DNA from: Chitinophagaceae bacterium
GTDB taxonomy: Bacteria > Bacteroidota > Bacteroidia > Chitinophagales > Chitinophagaceae
Direction of reading: 5' to 3'
NCBI GenBank assembly: GCA_049421765.1
Contig: JBMSNP010000006.1
Location: 2,712-66,711 of the forward strand
DNA: 64,000 bases
The notes under the pieces: model-generated
Told to the model about the DNA's origin: nothing
Database searches by the model: none
The model's input: the letters and a program-made list of their open reading frames with translations, nothing else
Made by a program: the position numbers and the translations under genes
Part shown: piece by piece, positions 53,480 through 62,476 of the stretch
Position numbering within the stretch: the first letter of the stretch is position 1
How the letters are laid out: the number at the start of each line of letters is the position of its first letter

Positions 53480-56400
53480 TTGAACAGTTTATACCGGATA
53501 TCAATTCTTATAGCCTCCTTATTGATTACATCCCGGCTGGTAGCCCAGGTTCCCGCCGGAAACAGTCCCATCTCCAATATCCGGCAAAAAAAAATATCCG
53601 CAACCGCCGATTCTGTCCGGGTGGATACACTGAGCATCGTTCCGGAAACCTTTTCCATAGCCAATATTCCTGCCGGGGACTACCGGCTTGACTTTGTAAA
53701 CGGGCTCCTTTACTGGATCAAAAAGCCTGCCATGGAATCTGTTCTTGTCACCTACCGGGTTTTTCCTTTCCGGCTGAATGCGATGACGCAGCGATTGGAA
53801 TATGACAGCGTTAAAACCAGCTTTTATGTAAAACCGTTTGAATTCAATAACGGGCTCACCGACGCCCAGCGGGGCATTTTTGATTTTGGTAAACTGAAGG
53901 CGGAAGGAAGCTTTGGCCGGCAGATCGGATTTGGCAACAGCCAGGATGCCGTTTTGAATTCAACCTTTAACCTCCAGCTCAGCGGGATGCTGGGAGACAG
54001 CATAGAGATCCAGGCTGCGATCACCGATAACAATATTCCCATACAGCCGGACGGCAACACCCAGCAACTCAATGAATTTGACCAGGTTTATCTCCAGTTT
54101 CGAAAAAGGAACTGGCAACTGAATCTCGGGGATATCGATTTGCGCCAGAACCAGACCTATTTCCTGAATTTTTACAAGCGTCTCCAGGGGATCTCATTCC
54201 AGACCGTGAATCAGTTGTCAAAGACTGTACGTTCCAAAACACTGGTAAGCGGTTCGGTGGCCAAGGGTAAATTCACCCGGAACATCCTTACACCGCTGGA
54301 AGGGAACCAGGGTCCATACCGGCTTCGGGGTGCCAACAATGAATTTTTCTTTATCGTGCTGGCCAATACCGAACGGGTTTTTTACGACGGGCAATTGCTG
54401 CAAAGAGGAGAGGACCAGGATTATGTGATCAACTATAACACCGCCGAAATTACGTTCACCCCGCGCCGGATGATCACAAAAGACAGCCGGGTCCAGGTGG
54501 AATTCGAATACGCAGACAGGAATTATCTCAATGCAAATCTTTATCTCTCGCAGGAGCTTGAGATCGGGGAAAAACTGACCTTCCGGGTAGGAGCTTTCCA
54601 GAACAGCGATGCAAAAAATTCCCAGATCAACCAGGTGCTTGATGACCGGCAAAAGTTGTTTCTGACCGGGTTGGGCGACAGTGTTCAAAAAGCGTTCTAC
54701 CCGGCCGCGTTGCTGGATACTTTTGCCTCCGGAAAGATCTTGTACGAAAAAATTTATGTTGGTACCGATTCCTTTTACCGGTATTCCACGGATCCGCTGC
54801 TGGCGAAGTATAACCTATCCTTTGTGGATGTGGGCCCGGGTAACGGGAATTATGAGCCCGACTTCAACGGGGCAAACGGGAAGGTATACCGCTACCTGCC
54901 GCCGGTTGCTTCTGTAAGACAGGGAAGGTATGAACCGGTCCAGATTCTCGTGGCTCCCCGTAAACAACAGGTGGTGAACCTGGGGCTGGATTACAAAATC
55001 AGCCCCCGTACCTGGTTGAAAACTGAAGTCGCGACCAGTAATAATGATGTCAATACATTTTCCGCCAAAGACAACGGAGATGACCGTGGCTGGGCGGCGA
55101 AATTTCAATTAGGAAGTGAAAAACTATTCAATACAAACCGGAAACTGAAACTCAGTACAGGGCTCGACTATGAATTTGTACAACAGAAATTCAGGCCGCT
55201 GGAGCGATTGCGAAATGTTGAATTCTCGCGCGACTGGGGACTTGATCTCCAGGCGATTCCCGTACCGGTGGATGAACACATCATCCGGGCCTCTGCAAAA
55301 CTCGAGGATCGGCAAAGCCATTCCGCGGCTTACCAGTTTACCCATTACCGGAGGAGCGATAATTATTCCGGGTTCCAGAACAACATCAGGCATATTGTGG
55401 CTTGGAAAGGCTGGCAACTGAATAACCAGTTTGTGCTGACCCAGTACGATGCCAGGTTTACAAGTGGTTCCTTTCTGCGACCCGGGCTTGATATCAGTAA
55501 GGAACTGAAACAGCTTGATAAATGGAAACTCGGGTTTACCTATGCAATGGAAAAAAACAGTAACCGGTATAAATCCTCTGATTCCCTCCTGGCAGGTGCT
55601 TTTTGGTTTGATAATTATTCCGCCTATCTCCAGTCCGGTGATAATAAAAAGAACCGGCACCGCATCACTTTTTTCACCCGCTCGGACAAATACCCCGTGG
55701 GCAGGCGTTTCATCCGCGGCGACCGGAGCCTAAACCTGAACCTGCAAATGGAATTACTTTCAAATCCCAAAAGACAGTTTTACCTGAATACAACATTCCG
55801 GAAATTGAAAGTCCTGGATAGTGCTGTGTCAAAACAAAAGGCGGATGAGACCATTCTCGGGCGGATGGAATATGTGATGAATGAGTGGAAGGGTCTTTTG
55901 ACAGGGAACATCCTCTACGAAGTGGGGGCGGGGCAGGAGCAGCGAAGGGATTTTGCCTATCTCGAAGTTCCCGCCGGTACCGGGCAGTATGCATGGATCG
56001 ATTACAACAATGACGGAGTGCAGCAGTTAAATGAATTTGAAATCGCAGCCTTCCCCGACCAGGCCCGGTTTATCCGGATCTTTACCCCAACCAATGATTT
56101 CATAAAGGCCAACTATACCACGTTCAATTACAGCATGAGCATCAGTCCCCGGTCCCTGCTGAGTTCCCCGGATCTGAAAGGAATCCGGAAACTTCTTTCC
56201 CGGCTGGTAATTGTAACCTCCCTGCAAACCAGCAAGAAATCGGCAGCCCGGGGAAGCTTTGAGTTTAACCCGTTCAAATACGGAGTGAATGACACTGCCC
56301 TGATCGTTCTCAGCAGCACTTTTCTCAATACACTTTCCGTGAACCGGTTCAGCTCCAAATGGGGATTTGATATCAGCAACCTCAGGAACAACGGGAAATC

Positions 56401-56956
56401 GCTGCTTACCTACGGTTATGAAAGCCGCAAGTTGAATGACTGGACCCTGAAATGGCGCTGGAATATCAGCCGCCGGGTCTTGTTTTCGATGAACGGGAAA
56501 AAAGGACTGAACGCATTGTATACCCCCCAGTTTGCAAACCGGAATTACGAGTTGTCGGTATACAGTGCCGAGCCGATGCTGACTTTTATCAGGGGAACCG
56601 TATTCCGGGTGGTGGGCGGATACCGTTTTGATATGAAGAAGAACCGGCCGGTTTATGGCGGGGAAAAATCGGTTTCCCATTCGATAAATATCGAATCCAA
56701 ATACAACATCCTACAGAGCAGTTCGGTAACGGGAAAGTTTACACTCAACAACATCAGTTACAAATACCCCGCCAATACCACGGTAAGTTATATCATGCTC
56801 GACGGCTTGCTCCCGGGGAAGAATTATCTGTGGATGCTGGGATTTTCAAAACGTCTTTTAAACAACCTTGAACTGACCTTTCAGTATGACGGACGAAAGG
56901 CCGGGAGTTCACGGACCGTTCACCTGGGAAGGGCAGGGCTTACGGCGCTTTTTTGA
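53480..56956 (+). CDS. Large (1158 aa) predicted outer-membrane beta-barrel protein, family not recognised
   Basis: Non-ATG start (TTG 53480; the next in-frame ATG is ~80 codons in). Signal NSLYRISILIASLLITSRLVAQ. Long stretches of alternating polar/aromatic strands. C-terminal ...GRAGLTALF with a terminal Phe as in OMP beta-signals. Confidence 0.7.
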   Translation: MNSLYRISILIASLLITSRLVAQVPAGNSPISNIRQKKISATADSVRVDTLSIVPETFSIANIPAGDYRLDFVNGLLYWIKKPAMESVLVTYRVFPFRLNAMTQRLEYDSVKTSFYVKPFEFNNGLTDAQRGIFDFGKLKAEGSFGRQIGFGNSQDAVLNSTFNLQLSGMLGDSIEIQAAITDNNIPIQPDGNTQQLNEFDQVYLQFRKRNWQLNLGDIDLRQNQTYFLNFYKRLQGISFQTVNQLSKTVRSKTLVSGSVAKGKFTRNILTPLEGNQGPYRLRGANNEFFFIVLANTERVFYDGQLLQRGEDQDYVINYNTAEITFTPRRMITKDSRVQVEFEYADRNYLNANLYLSQELEIGEKLTFRVGAFQNSDAKNSQINQVLDDRQKLFLTGLGDSVQKAFYPAALLDTFASGKILYEKIYVGTDSFYRYSTDPLLAKYNLSFVDVGPGNGNYEPDFNGANGKVYRYLPPVASVRQGRYEPVQILVAPRKQQVVNLGLDYKISPRTWLKTEVATSNNDVNTFSAKDNGDDRGWAAKFQLGSEKLFNTNRKLKLSTGLDYEFVQQKFRPLERLRNVEFSRDWGLDLQAIPVPVDEHIIRASAKLEDRQSHSAAYQFTHYRRSDNYSGFQNNIRHIVAWKGWQLNNQFVLTQYDARFTSGSFLRPGLDISKELKQLDKWKLGFTYAMEKNSNRYKSSDSLLAGAFWFDNYSAYLQSGDNKKNRHRITFFTRSDKYPVGRRFIRGDRSLNLNLQMELLSNPKRQFYLNTTFRKLKVLDSAVSKQKADETILGRMEYVMNEWKGLLTGNILYEVGAGQEQRRDFAYLEVPAGTGQYAWIDYNNDGVQQLNEFEIAAFPDQARFIRIFTPTNDFIKANYTTFNYSMSISPRSLLSSPDLKGIRKLLSRLVIVTSLQTSKKSAARGSFEFNPFKYGVNDTALIVLSSTFLNTLSVNRFSSKWGFDISNLRNNGKSLLTYGYESRKLNDWTLKWRWNISRRVLFSMNGKKGLNALYTPQFANRNYELSVYSAEPMLTFIRGTVFRVVGGYRFDMKKNRPVYGGEKSVSHSINIESKYNILQSSSVTGKFTLNNISYKYPANTTVSYIMLDGLLPGKNYLWMLGFSKRLLNNLELTFQYDGRKAGSSRTVHLGRAGLTALF

Positions 56957-57092
56957 TTTGAAGATTTGAAAATTTGGGAATGTGCTGATGTGTTCATGTG
57001 CTGATGAATGTGTCAGCAACCATATAAACCCTTAAACTTATTGAACTTCTTGAACCTATTGAACATTTGGAACTTCCGGACTTCACGGACTT
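56955..57092. repeat. Composite degenerate short-word repeat tract between convergent genes
   Basis: Three parts. (i) GATTTGAA GATTTGAA AATTTGGG at 56955..56978. (ii) TGTGCTGATG twice, at 56981 and 56997. (iii) Seven consecutive ~9-bp units at 57031..57092: CTTAAACTT ATTGAACTT CTTGAACCT ATTGAACAT TTGGAACTT CCGGACTT CACGGACTT. Confidence 0.85.
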
Positions 57093-57095
57093 CAA

Positions 57096-58193
57096 TCAAA
57101 CGTTAAACCTGAAGTGCATCACATCCCCGTCCTTAACCACGTATTCCTTTCCTTCGATACGAAGTTTCCCGGCTTCGCGGCAGGCGGCTTCTGAGCCATA
57201 CTGAATGAATTCGTCGTAGCCGATCACTTCGGCCTTGATGAATCCTTTTTCAAAATCTGTGTGGATCACGCCGGCAGCCTGGGGCGCCTTCCATCCTTCC
57301 TGGATGGTCCAGGCCCTTACCTCCTGAACCCCGGCAGTGAAGTAGGTAAATAATTTGAGCAGTTTATAAGCTGAGTGGATCAGGCGATCCAGTGCGGGTT
57401 CCTGCATCCCGTATTCCTGCATGAAAAGTTGTTTGTCGTCCGGGTTTTCCATTTCCGCAATCTGGGCTTCGATGGTATTGTTCATGATGATGACCTGGGC
57501 GTTTTCCCCCTGCACGGCTTCGATAAGTTTTTCGGAGAATTTATTTCCTGTATGCATGGAGGCTTCGTCTACGTTGGCTACATAAAGCACCGGTTTGTCT
57601 GTCAGCAGGAAGAGGTCTGCCACGGCCGCTTTTTCTTCTTTGGAAAGCCCCAGTTCCCGGATGCTTTTCCCTTTTTCCAGTTGTGACTTGCAGGCGAGAA
57701 GCACATCGAGCTCGGCCCTGAGTTTTGGATCCGACTTGGCCAGCTTTTCAGTCCGCTGGATCTTCTTCTCCACGGTTTCCAGGTCTTTCAGCTGGAGTTC
57801 CGTGTCGATGATCTCCTTATCGCTGACCGGGTTGATCGCACCCTCGTCGCGGAGGATATTTTCATCTTCAAAGCACCTGATCACATGAATGATGGCATCC
57901 ACCTCCCGGATATTCGCCAGGAATTTATTTCCCAATCCTTCTCCTTTGCTGGCACCCCGGACAAGCCCGGCAATATCCACGATCTCGATCTGGGTGGGTA
58001 CGATCCGGTTGGGTAACACCAGTTCGGCAAGTTTTTGCAAACGGGGGTCGGGGACATCCACCAGCCCCACATTGGGATCAATCGTACAAAAACGGTAGTT
58101 GCTGGCCTGCGCCTTGGCGCTGTTGCTTACCGCATTAAAAAGAGTTGATTTACCCACATTCGGAAGTCCTACGATACCTGCCTGTAATGCCAT
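57096..58193 (-). CDS. ychF: Redox-regulated ribosome-binding ATPase YchF
   Basis: 365 aa. [16 protein letters not shown], ...[10 protein letters not shown]..., TGS-like C-terminus ...[13 protein letters not shown]...[14 protein letters not shown]. Confidence 0.96.
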   Translation of the reverse strand: MALQAGIVGLPNVGKSTLFNAVSNSAKAQASNYRFCTIDPNVGLVDVPDPRLQKLAELVLPNRIVPTQIEIVDIAGLVRGASKGEGLGNKFLANIREVDAIIHVIRCFEDENILRDEGAINPVSDKEIIDTELQLKDLETVEKKIQRTEKLAKSDPKLRAELDVLLACKSQLEKGKSIRELGLSKEEKAAVADLFLLTDKPVLYVANVDEASMHTGNKFSEKLIEAVQGENAQVIIMNNTIEAQIAEMENPDDKQLFMQEYGMQEPALDRLIHSAYKLLKLFTYFTAGVQEVRAWTIQEGWKAPQAAGVIHTDFEKGFIKAEVIGYDEFIQYGSEAACREAGKLRIEGKEYVVKDGDVMHFRFNV

Positions 58194-58522
58194 AAAAAAT
58201 AATTAGGTCTGATCATTCAAACAGGCTGCAATGTCACGCAGTACCCGGTGTTACGGCCTGTTTTTTGAGGCCGCAAAGATAGGTGGAAATGAGCTGCGGA
58301 TAGCTCTTTTAGTGGTTTTGTTCAGGAGGACGGTCACCCGGTCGCTCATGGTTGATTCCCACTTGATATTCTGAGATGTTTTTCAAATTCCCCTTACCGG
58401 TTCCTGTCATTTCCAGGTCGGATAAATGCGTTTTGCTTAAATGAATAACCTCACTTCAATCCTTGAACCGGGCTTTTAATTTCCAACTTTCTGTTATCTT
58501 GAGTGATAAAACTATTCCCCTT

Positions 58523-59923
58523 ATGGCTCTAAGCAGGATCTGGACTGCGTTTATTCTGATCGCCTTGCTGGTTGCTGCCGGCCGTTTTGCTTTCCAGCCC
58601 GGACAGGAAAGCATCTTCAGCCAGCTGACCACCGGAAAAAATACCGACACCATTTCGGTCAGGAACCTGGACTCGACACAGGTGCCCGGTCTTGTACGGA
58701 GCCAGCTTGAATTTCAAAAAACGGCTGTTTGGGGTAAGGAAAAGGTATTTCGGACTGACGAACTGGCTTACCGGGCATACCGGTTATTACCTGCCAACGG
58801 GATTTTTGAAACCTGTAAGGATGCCGTTAATCTCTGCATCGGTCTGATCGGCATCATGGCCCTGTTCATGGGCTTTATGAGTATTGCTGAAAGGGCAGGT
58901 GGAATCCGGTTCCTGTCGCGTATCATAGGTCCTTTTTTCTCACGGATCTTCCCGGAGGTCCCGAAAGATCATCCATCCATGGGGCATATGGTGATGAATT
59001 TTTCCGCCAACCTGCTGGGCCTCGACAATGCAGCCACGCCGTTTGGGATCAAGGCCATGGAGAGTTTACAGGAGATAAATCCCGACAAGACCCGTGCCTC
59101 CAATGCGCAACTGATGTTTCTTTGCCTGCATGCATCCGGTCTTACTCTGATCCCCACGATCATTATCGCAGACCGGGTGGCGTTGAAATCGGCACAGCCG
59201 ACCAGTATATTCATTCCCTGTATGATCGCCACATTTGTCGCTACGATCGCCGCAATGACCATGGTGGCGGTGAGGCAACGTATCCGGCTTTTTCAGCCCG
59301 TGATCCTGTTGTGGGTGCTGGGAATCAGTACCGTGATCGCGGCATTGATCTATTATATCAAATCCCTCGATGTCCAGGGCATTCAGTTGTTTTCAACCAG
59401 CCTGAGCAACGGGCTCATCCTTCTTATTTTTCTGCTTATTGTTCTGGGAGGTCTTTATAAGCGGATCAATATTTTCGATGCCTTTATCGAGGGGGCGAAG
59501 GGCGGATTCGAAGTGGCAGTGAGGATTATTCCTTACCTCGTCGGGCTGCTTGTGGCCATCAGTCTGTTGCGAAACAGCGGAGCTTTTGAATTTGTCATGG
59601 ACGGGATCAAGAGTCTGTTCGTTCTGCTAAACGGGGATGCCAGGATCGTGGACAGTTTGCCCACCGCCCTGATCAAGCCACTGAGCGGGAGCGGGGCCAG
59701 GGCTGTGATGATTGATACCCTCCAGGCACAGGGACCTGATTCATTTGCCGGTAACCTGGCTTCCGTTTTCCGGGGCTCCTCCGACACAACCTTTTATATC
59801 ATTGCCGTTTACTTCGGTGCCGTAAATATCCGGAACAGCAGGTATGCCGTCACCACCATGCTGCTGGCCGACCTGGCAGGTATTGTCACAGCGATCCTGC
59901 TGGCTTATATCTTCTTTGTTTGA
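58523..59923 (+). CDS. Nucleoside-recognition (SpmA/SpmB-like fused) membrane protein
   Basis: ORF-track start 58463 trimmed to ATG 58523 (MALSRIWTAFILIALLVAAG). Polytopic. ...NLLGLDNAATPFGIKAM... and ...KPLSGSGARAV... resemble Gate-domain spore-maturation-protein homologues. Confidence 0.75.
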   Translation: MALSRIWTAFILIALLVAAGRFAFQPGQESIFSQLTTGKNTDTISVRNLDSTQVPGLVRSQLEFQKTAVWGKEKVFRTDELAYRAYRLLPANGIFETCKDAVNLCIGLIGIMALFMGFMSIAERAGGIRFLSRIIGPFFSRIFPEVPKDHPSMGHMVMNFSANLLGLDNAATPFGIKAMESLQEINPDKTRASNAQLMFLCLHASGLTLIPTIIIADRVALKSAQPTSIFIPCMIATFVATIAAMTMVAVRQRIRLFQPVILLWVLGISTVIAALIYYIKSLDVQGIQLFSTSLSNGLILLIFLLIVLGGLYKRINIFDAFIEGAKGGFEVAVRIIPYLVGLLVAISLLRNSGAFEFVMDGIKSLFVLLNGDARIVDSLPTALIKPLSGSGARAVMIDTLQAQGPDSFAGNLASVFRGSSDTTFYIIAVYFGAVNIRNSRYAVTTMLLADLAGIVTAILLAYIFFV

Positions 59924-59924
59924 T

Positions 59925-59959
59925 AAAAAAAAGGAGTTGTAGGCCGTACAACTCCTTTT
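59925..59959. terminator. Bidirectional intrinsic terminator between convergent genes
   Basis: A8, GGAGTTGTA-(5 nt)-TACAACTCC, TTTT. Confidence 0.8.
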
Positions 59960-59976
59960 ATATGCATTAGTGGCGA

Positions 59977-60756
59977 CTAATTATCCGTGAAAACAGAGAG
60001 GGTGCGTACCGTACTGTTGCTGGTCGCTGTGGCCCTGTACCCGCCCTGGAATACCAGGGTATAGCTTCTTCCCGGCCTTGGTGTAAATGCCGTCAGGATA
60101 TCAACTGGCCCTGTAGGGGCGGTGGTCTTGTAATTTTGAAGGTTTACGCCAGATCCGGCGGCCCGGACATAAAAGGTATCCGTAATATTGGTGTTTACTT
60201 TAATATAGTCCGAAACCCCTGTTACCGGGATGTTCGTAAACACGTTCGTGTTTTGCTTCAGCGAGTAAATATCAATCGCAGGAACCGCAGTCGGACTGTA
60301 AACGAAATTGGCAAAACGGACCTGAGCTTCGGAAGTTGAAATGCCGATTGGTGTTTCAACGGTTTTCTGCTTGGGGGAATTGATGGTATCATACATAAAA
60401 ATTGTATAATACTTACCGGCCTGCAGGTTCTGCGCGAAACTCAGTGGCACCTGTGTAGTTGCTGTAAGGGTGTCACGAACCAGGAAGGACCGGAATCCCG
60501 CGTTGATCGAAAATCCGGGTCCTACTGCAGGGAAAACATTGCCCGTCGTTATAGAAGCTCCATTCACCGGGTTGCCATCCACAAGGATATAGTTCCGGGT
60601 GGCATTGACCATCGCCATGAATAACTGCATGGTGGTCTGGTTGCTGAAATCGCTGTTGGTTTGCAGCGGGGTATCCGCTTTTTTGGCACAGGAGAAGAGC
60701 AATGTGGTTAGCACCAGGCTTCCGCAGGCCATGTATTTGATTATTCTGTTTCTCAT
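59977..60756 (-). CDS. DUF4397-like lipoprotein
   Basis: 259 aa. Lipobox LLFSC. ...LVDG.PVNG...F..V..Y..V..G......V.....T.......L.AGKYYTIFMYD... pattern as I recall for DUF4397. Directly downstream of SusD. Confidence 0.65.
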   Translation of the reverse strand: MRNRIIKYMACGSLVLTTLLFSCAKKADTPLQTNSDFSNQTTMQLFMAMVNATRNYILVDGNPVNGASITTGNVFPAVGPGFSINAGFRSFLVRDTLTATTQVPLSFAQNLQAGKYYTIFMYDTINSPKQKTVETPIGISTSEAQVRFANFVYSPTAVPAIDIYSLKQNTNVFTNIPVTGVSDYIKVNTNITDTFYVRAAGSGVNLQNYKTTAPTGPVDILTAFTPRPGRSYTLVFQGGYRATATSNSTVRTLSVFTDN

Positions 60757-60780
60757 TATAGTCAGTTTTTACATTAAACA

Positions 60781-62445
60781 TTAGGGCTGTGAAAACCAGC
60801 ATTCCTTGGTGTGATAATCCAACGCGCTGGCCCCGATCCGGTTCAGCTCATTCAGGTTCCAGACATATTCCGAATTGAAACGGGGGCGTGTGCGATAGAT
60901 CAGTTTGCCACCATTATTGGTATAGAGGTCAGTTCCTGAAGGAGGTGTAAAATCACGGTACACGGTTTCACCCATGAATGTATCGGTATAATGATACCGG
61001 CGCATATCCACCCAGGTTTCAAAGGTTCCATGAATGTACATGGAGATGTACTTCTGAAGCATGATATGAGAAAGGGAAAGACCGTTTGGTGTGGCCGGAA
61101 TTACATTGGGGTTTGTTGCCGGGTTAATGAAATCGGCGATCTTCTGTGTCGTGAGTTCTTCACCCGCCGGTACGTTCACGCTGTAAACATCTTTCAGCAT
61201 TTCCAGGTTCAGGCGAATCCCTTCTTTATATGCAGCCAGGGCTCCTGCCTTGTCGTTCTTGCCCTGGGGCAGCCAAAGCGCTTCCGCTTTTATAAACTGG
61301 ATCTCCGATGCCGTAATTACAGGGAAGGGAGCGGAGTTGCGGAAAATATAACGGCAATTGCCATCTGTACCCGGTGCGGTGTTATTGATGGCTGTTGTTT
61401 GAGCAACGCCCCAGAAGTTTTCCGGACGGTCATTGGCTGCCATCACAGTCTGTCCGCGATTCACCGACAGCCCTTTAAAAGTGCCATTGGCGTTTTTGCG
61501 GAGCAGGTAGATGGCGCGGGGATCCTGAACATTGGGGAACATTGAGTTCAAGCCCGACAGCATATCAGCAATAAAGGCTGACTGCCGGATTGCCGATTCT
61601 GTGACCAGTAAAGTGCTGGCGAGGTTTCCGCGAAGCGGACCGAAGAAATTGGCAGTCCCGCTGATCCCGGTATTCGCGAATTTCACCATGGCATTATCCG
61701 CATTCGTGTTGATCGAAAGATTGCAGTAATACAACACGGAATCTACGTTGTAGATCGACTTATTGGTCAGGTGATGGAAGGAACGGGCCAGAACGCCGTA
61801 GACGAACTTTTTCCATTTATTCACATCTCCATCGTAGAAGTAGGCATCTCCCTTGGCGAGATTTGCCTGGCTGGCGGATCCGCCTGTGGTATTCAGCAAT
61901 GAGATAGCTTCATGACAAAGATTGCGGACATGATCATAGGTTTCTTCCTGGGTTCCGTAGGAAAAGGTCAGGGCCGCAGTGTTAAAAGCTTCACTGGGTT
62001 TAATGACCTCGCCATGATAATCTGAAAGCTGGAGCCAGCTCCATGCCAGGATGGCCTTTCCCACGCCGGCATAATCCCATTTTTCCTCCTCAAGAGCCCA
62101 CTTGATCATATTGTTGCAGTTCTGACCGATATCATAAAAATGAATTCTCCAGAGGGAAGCTGCGTTATCCGTACCCGGACGGTTACCCATTCTTTCCCAT
62201 TCTCCGCCGGAATTGCACCAGAAAAAATTCTGGATGAATTTGCCTGCGAACCGGATATCGTTAAGTGGTCCGTGACCCGCACTGTTGGCCGCCATGCAGG
62301 ATACCAACGGGGGCAGAAGGGTTTCCACCGGTACCCTTACGTCGGCATTGGGATTGGCATAAGCCTCGTCTATTTTCTTGGAACAACTGCTGATCGAAGC
62401 AGTCATCAGCGCAACCCCAGCGGTTGCGATAAGTAATTTTTTCAT
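60781..62445 (-). CDS. susD: SusD/RagB-family nutrient-binding outer-membrane lipoprotein
   Basis: ORF-track start 62466 trimmed to ATG 62445 (MKKLLIATAGVALMTASISSC lipobox). TPR-like helical protein of ~555 aa encoded immediately after a SusC-type gene. Confidence 0.85.
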   Translation of the reverse strand: MKKLLIATAGVALMTASISSCSKKIDEAYANPNADVRVPVETLLPPLVSCMAANSAGHGPLNDIRFAGKFIQNFFWCNSGGEWERMGNRPGTDNAASLWRIHFYDIGQNCNNMIKWALEEEKWDYAGVGKAILAWSWLQLSDYHGEVIKPSEAFNTAALTFSYGTQEETYDHVRNLCHEAISLLNTTGGSASQANLAKGDAYFYDGDVNKWKKFVYGVLARSFHHLTNKSIYNVDSVLYYCNLSINTNADNAMVKFANTGISGTANFFGPLRGNLASTLLVTESAIRQSAFIADMLSGLNSMFPNVQDPRAIYLLRKNANGTFKGLSVNRGQTVMAANDRPENFWGVAQTTAINNTAPGTDGNCRYIFRNSAPFPVITASEIQFIKAEALWLPQGKNDKAGALAAYKEGIRLNLEMLKDVYSVNVPAGEELTTQKIADFINPATNPNVIPATPNGLSLSHIMLQKYISMYIHGTFETWVDMRRYHYTDTFMGETVYRDFTPPSGTDLYTNNGGKLIYRTRPRFNSEYVWNLNELNRIGASALDYHTKECWFSQP

Positions 62446-62476
62446 TGCGTCGTATTTAGATCTCATAATAGTTTAT

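Noticed and set aside
57031-57092. CRISPR-like array.
   Set aside because: The units are only ~9 bp, contiguous without spacers, and degenerate. There are no cas genes in the window.
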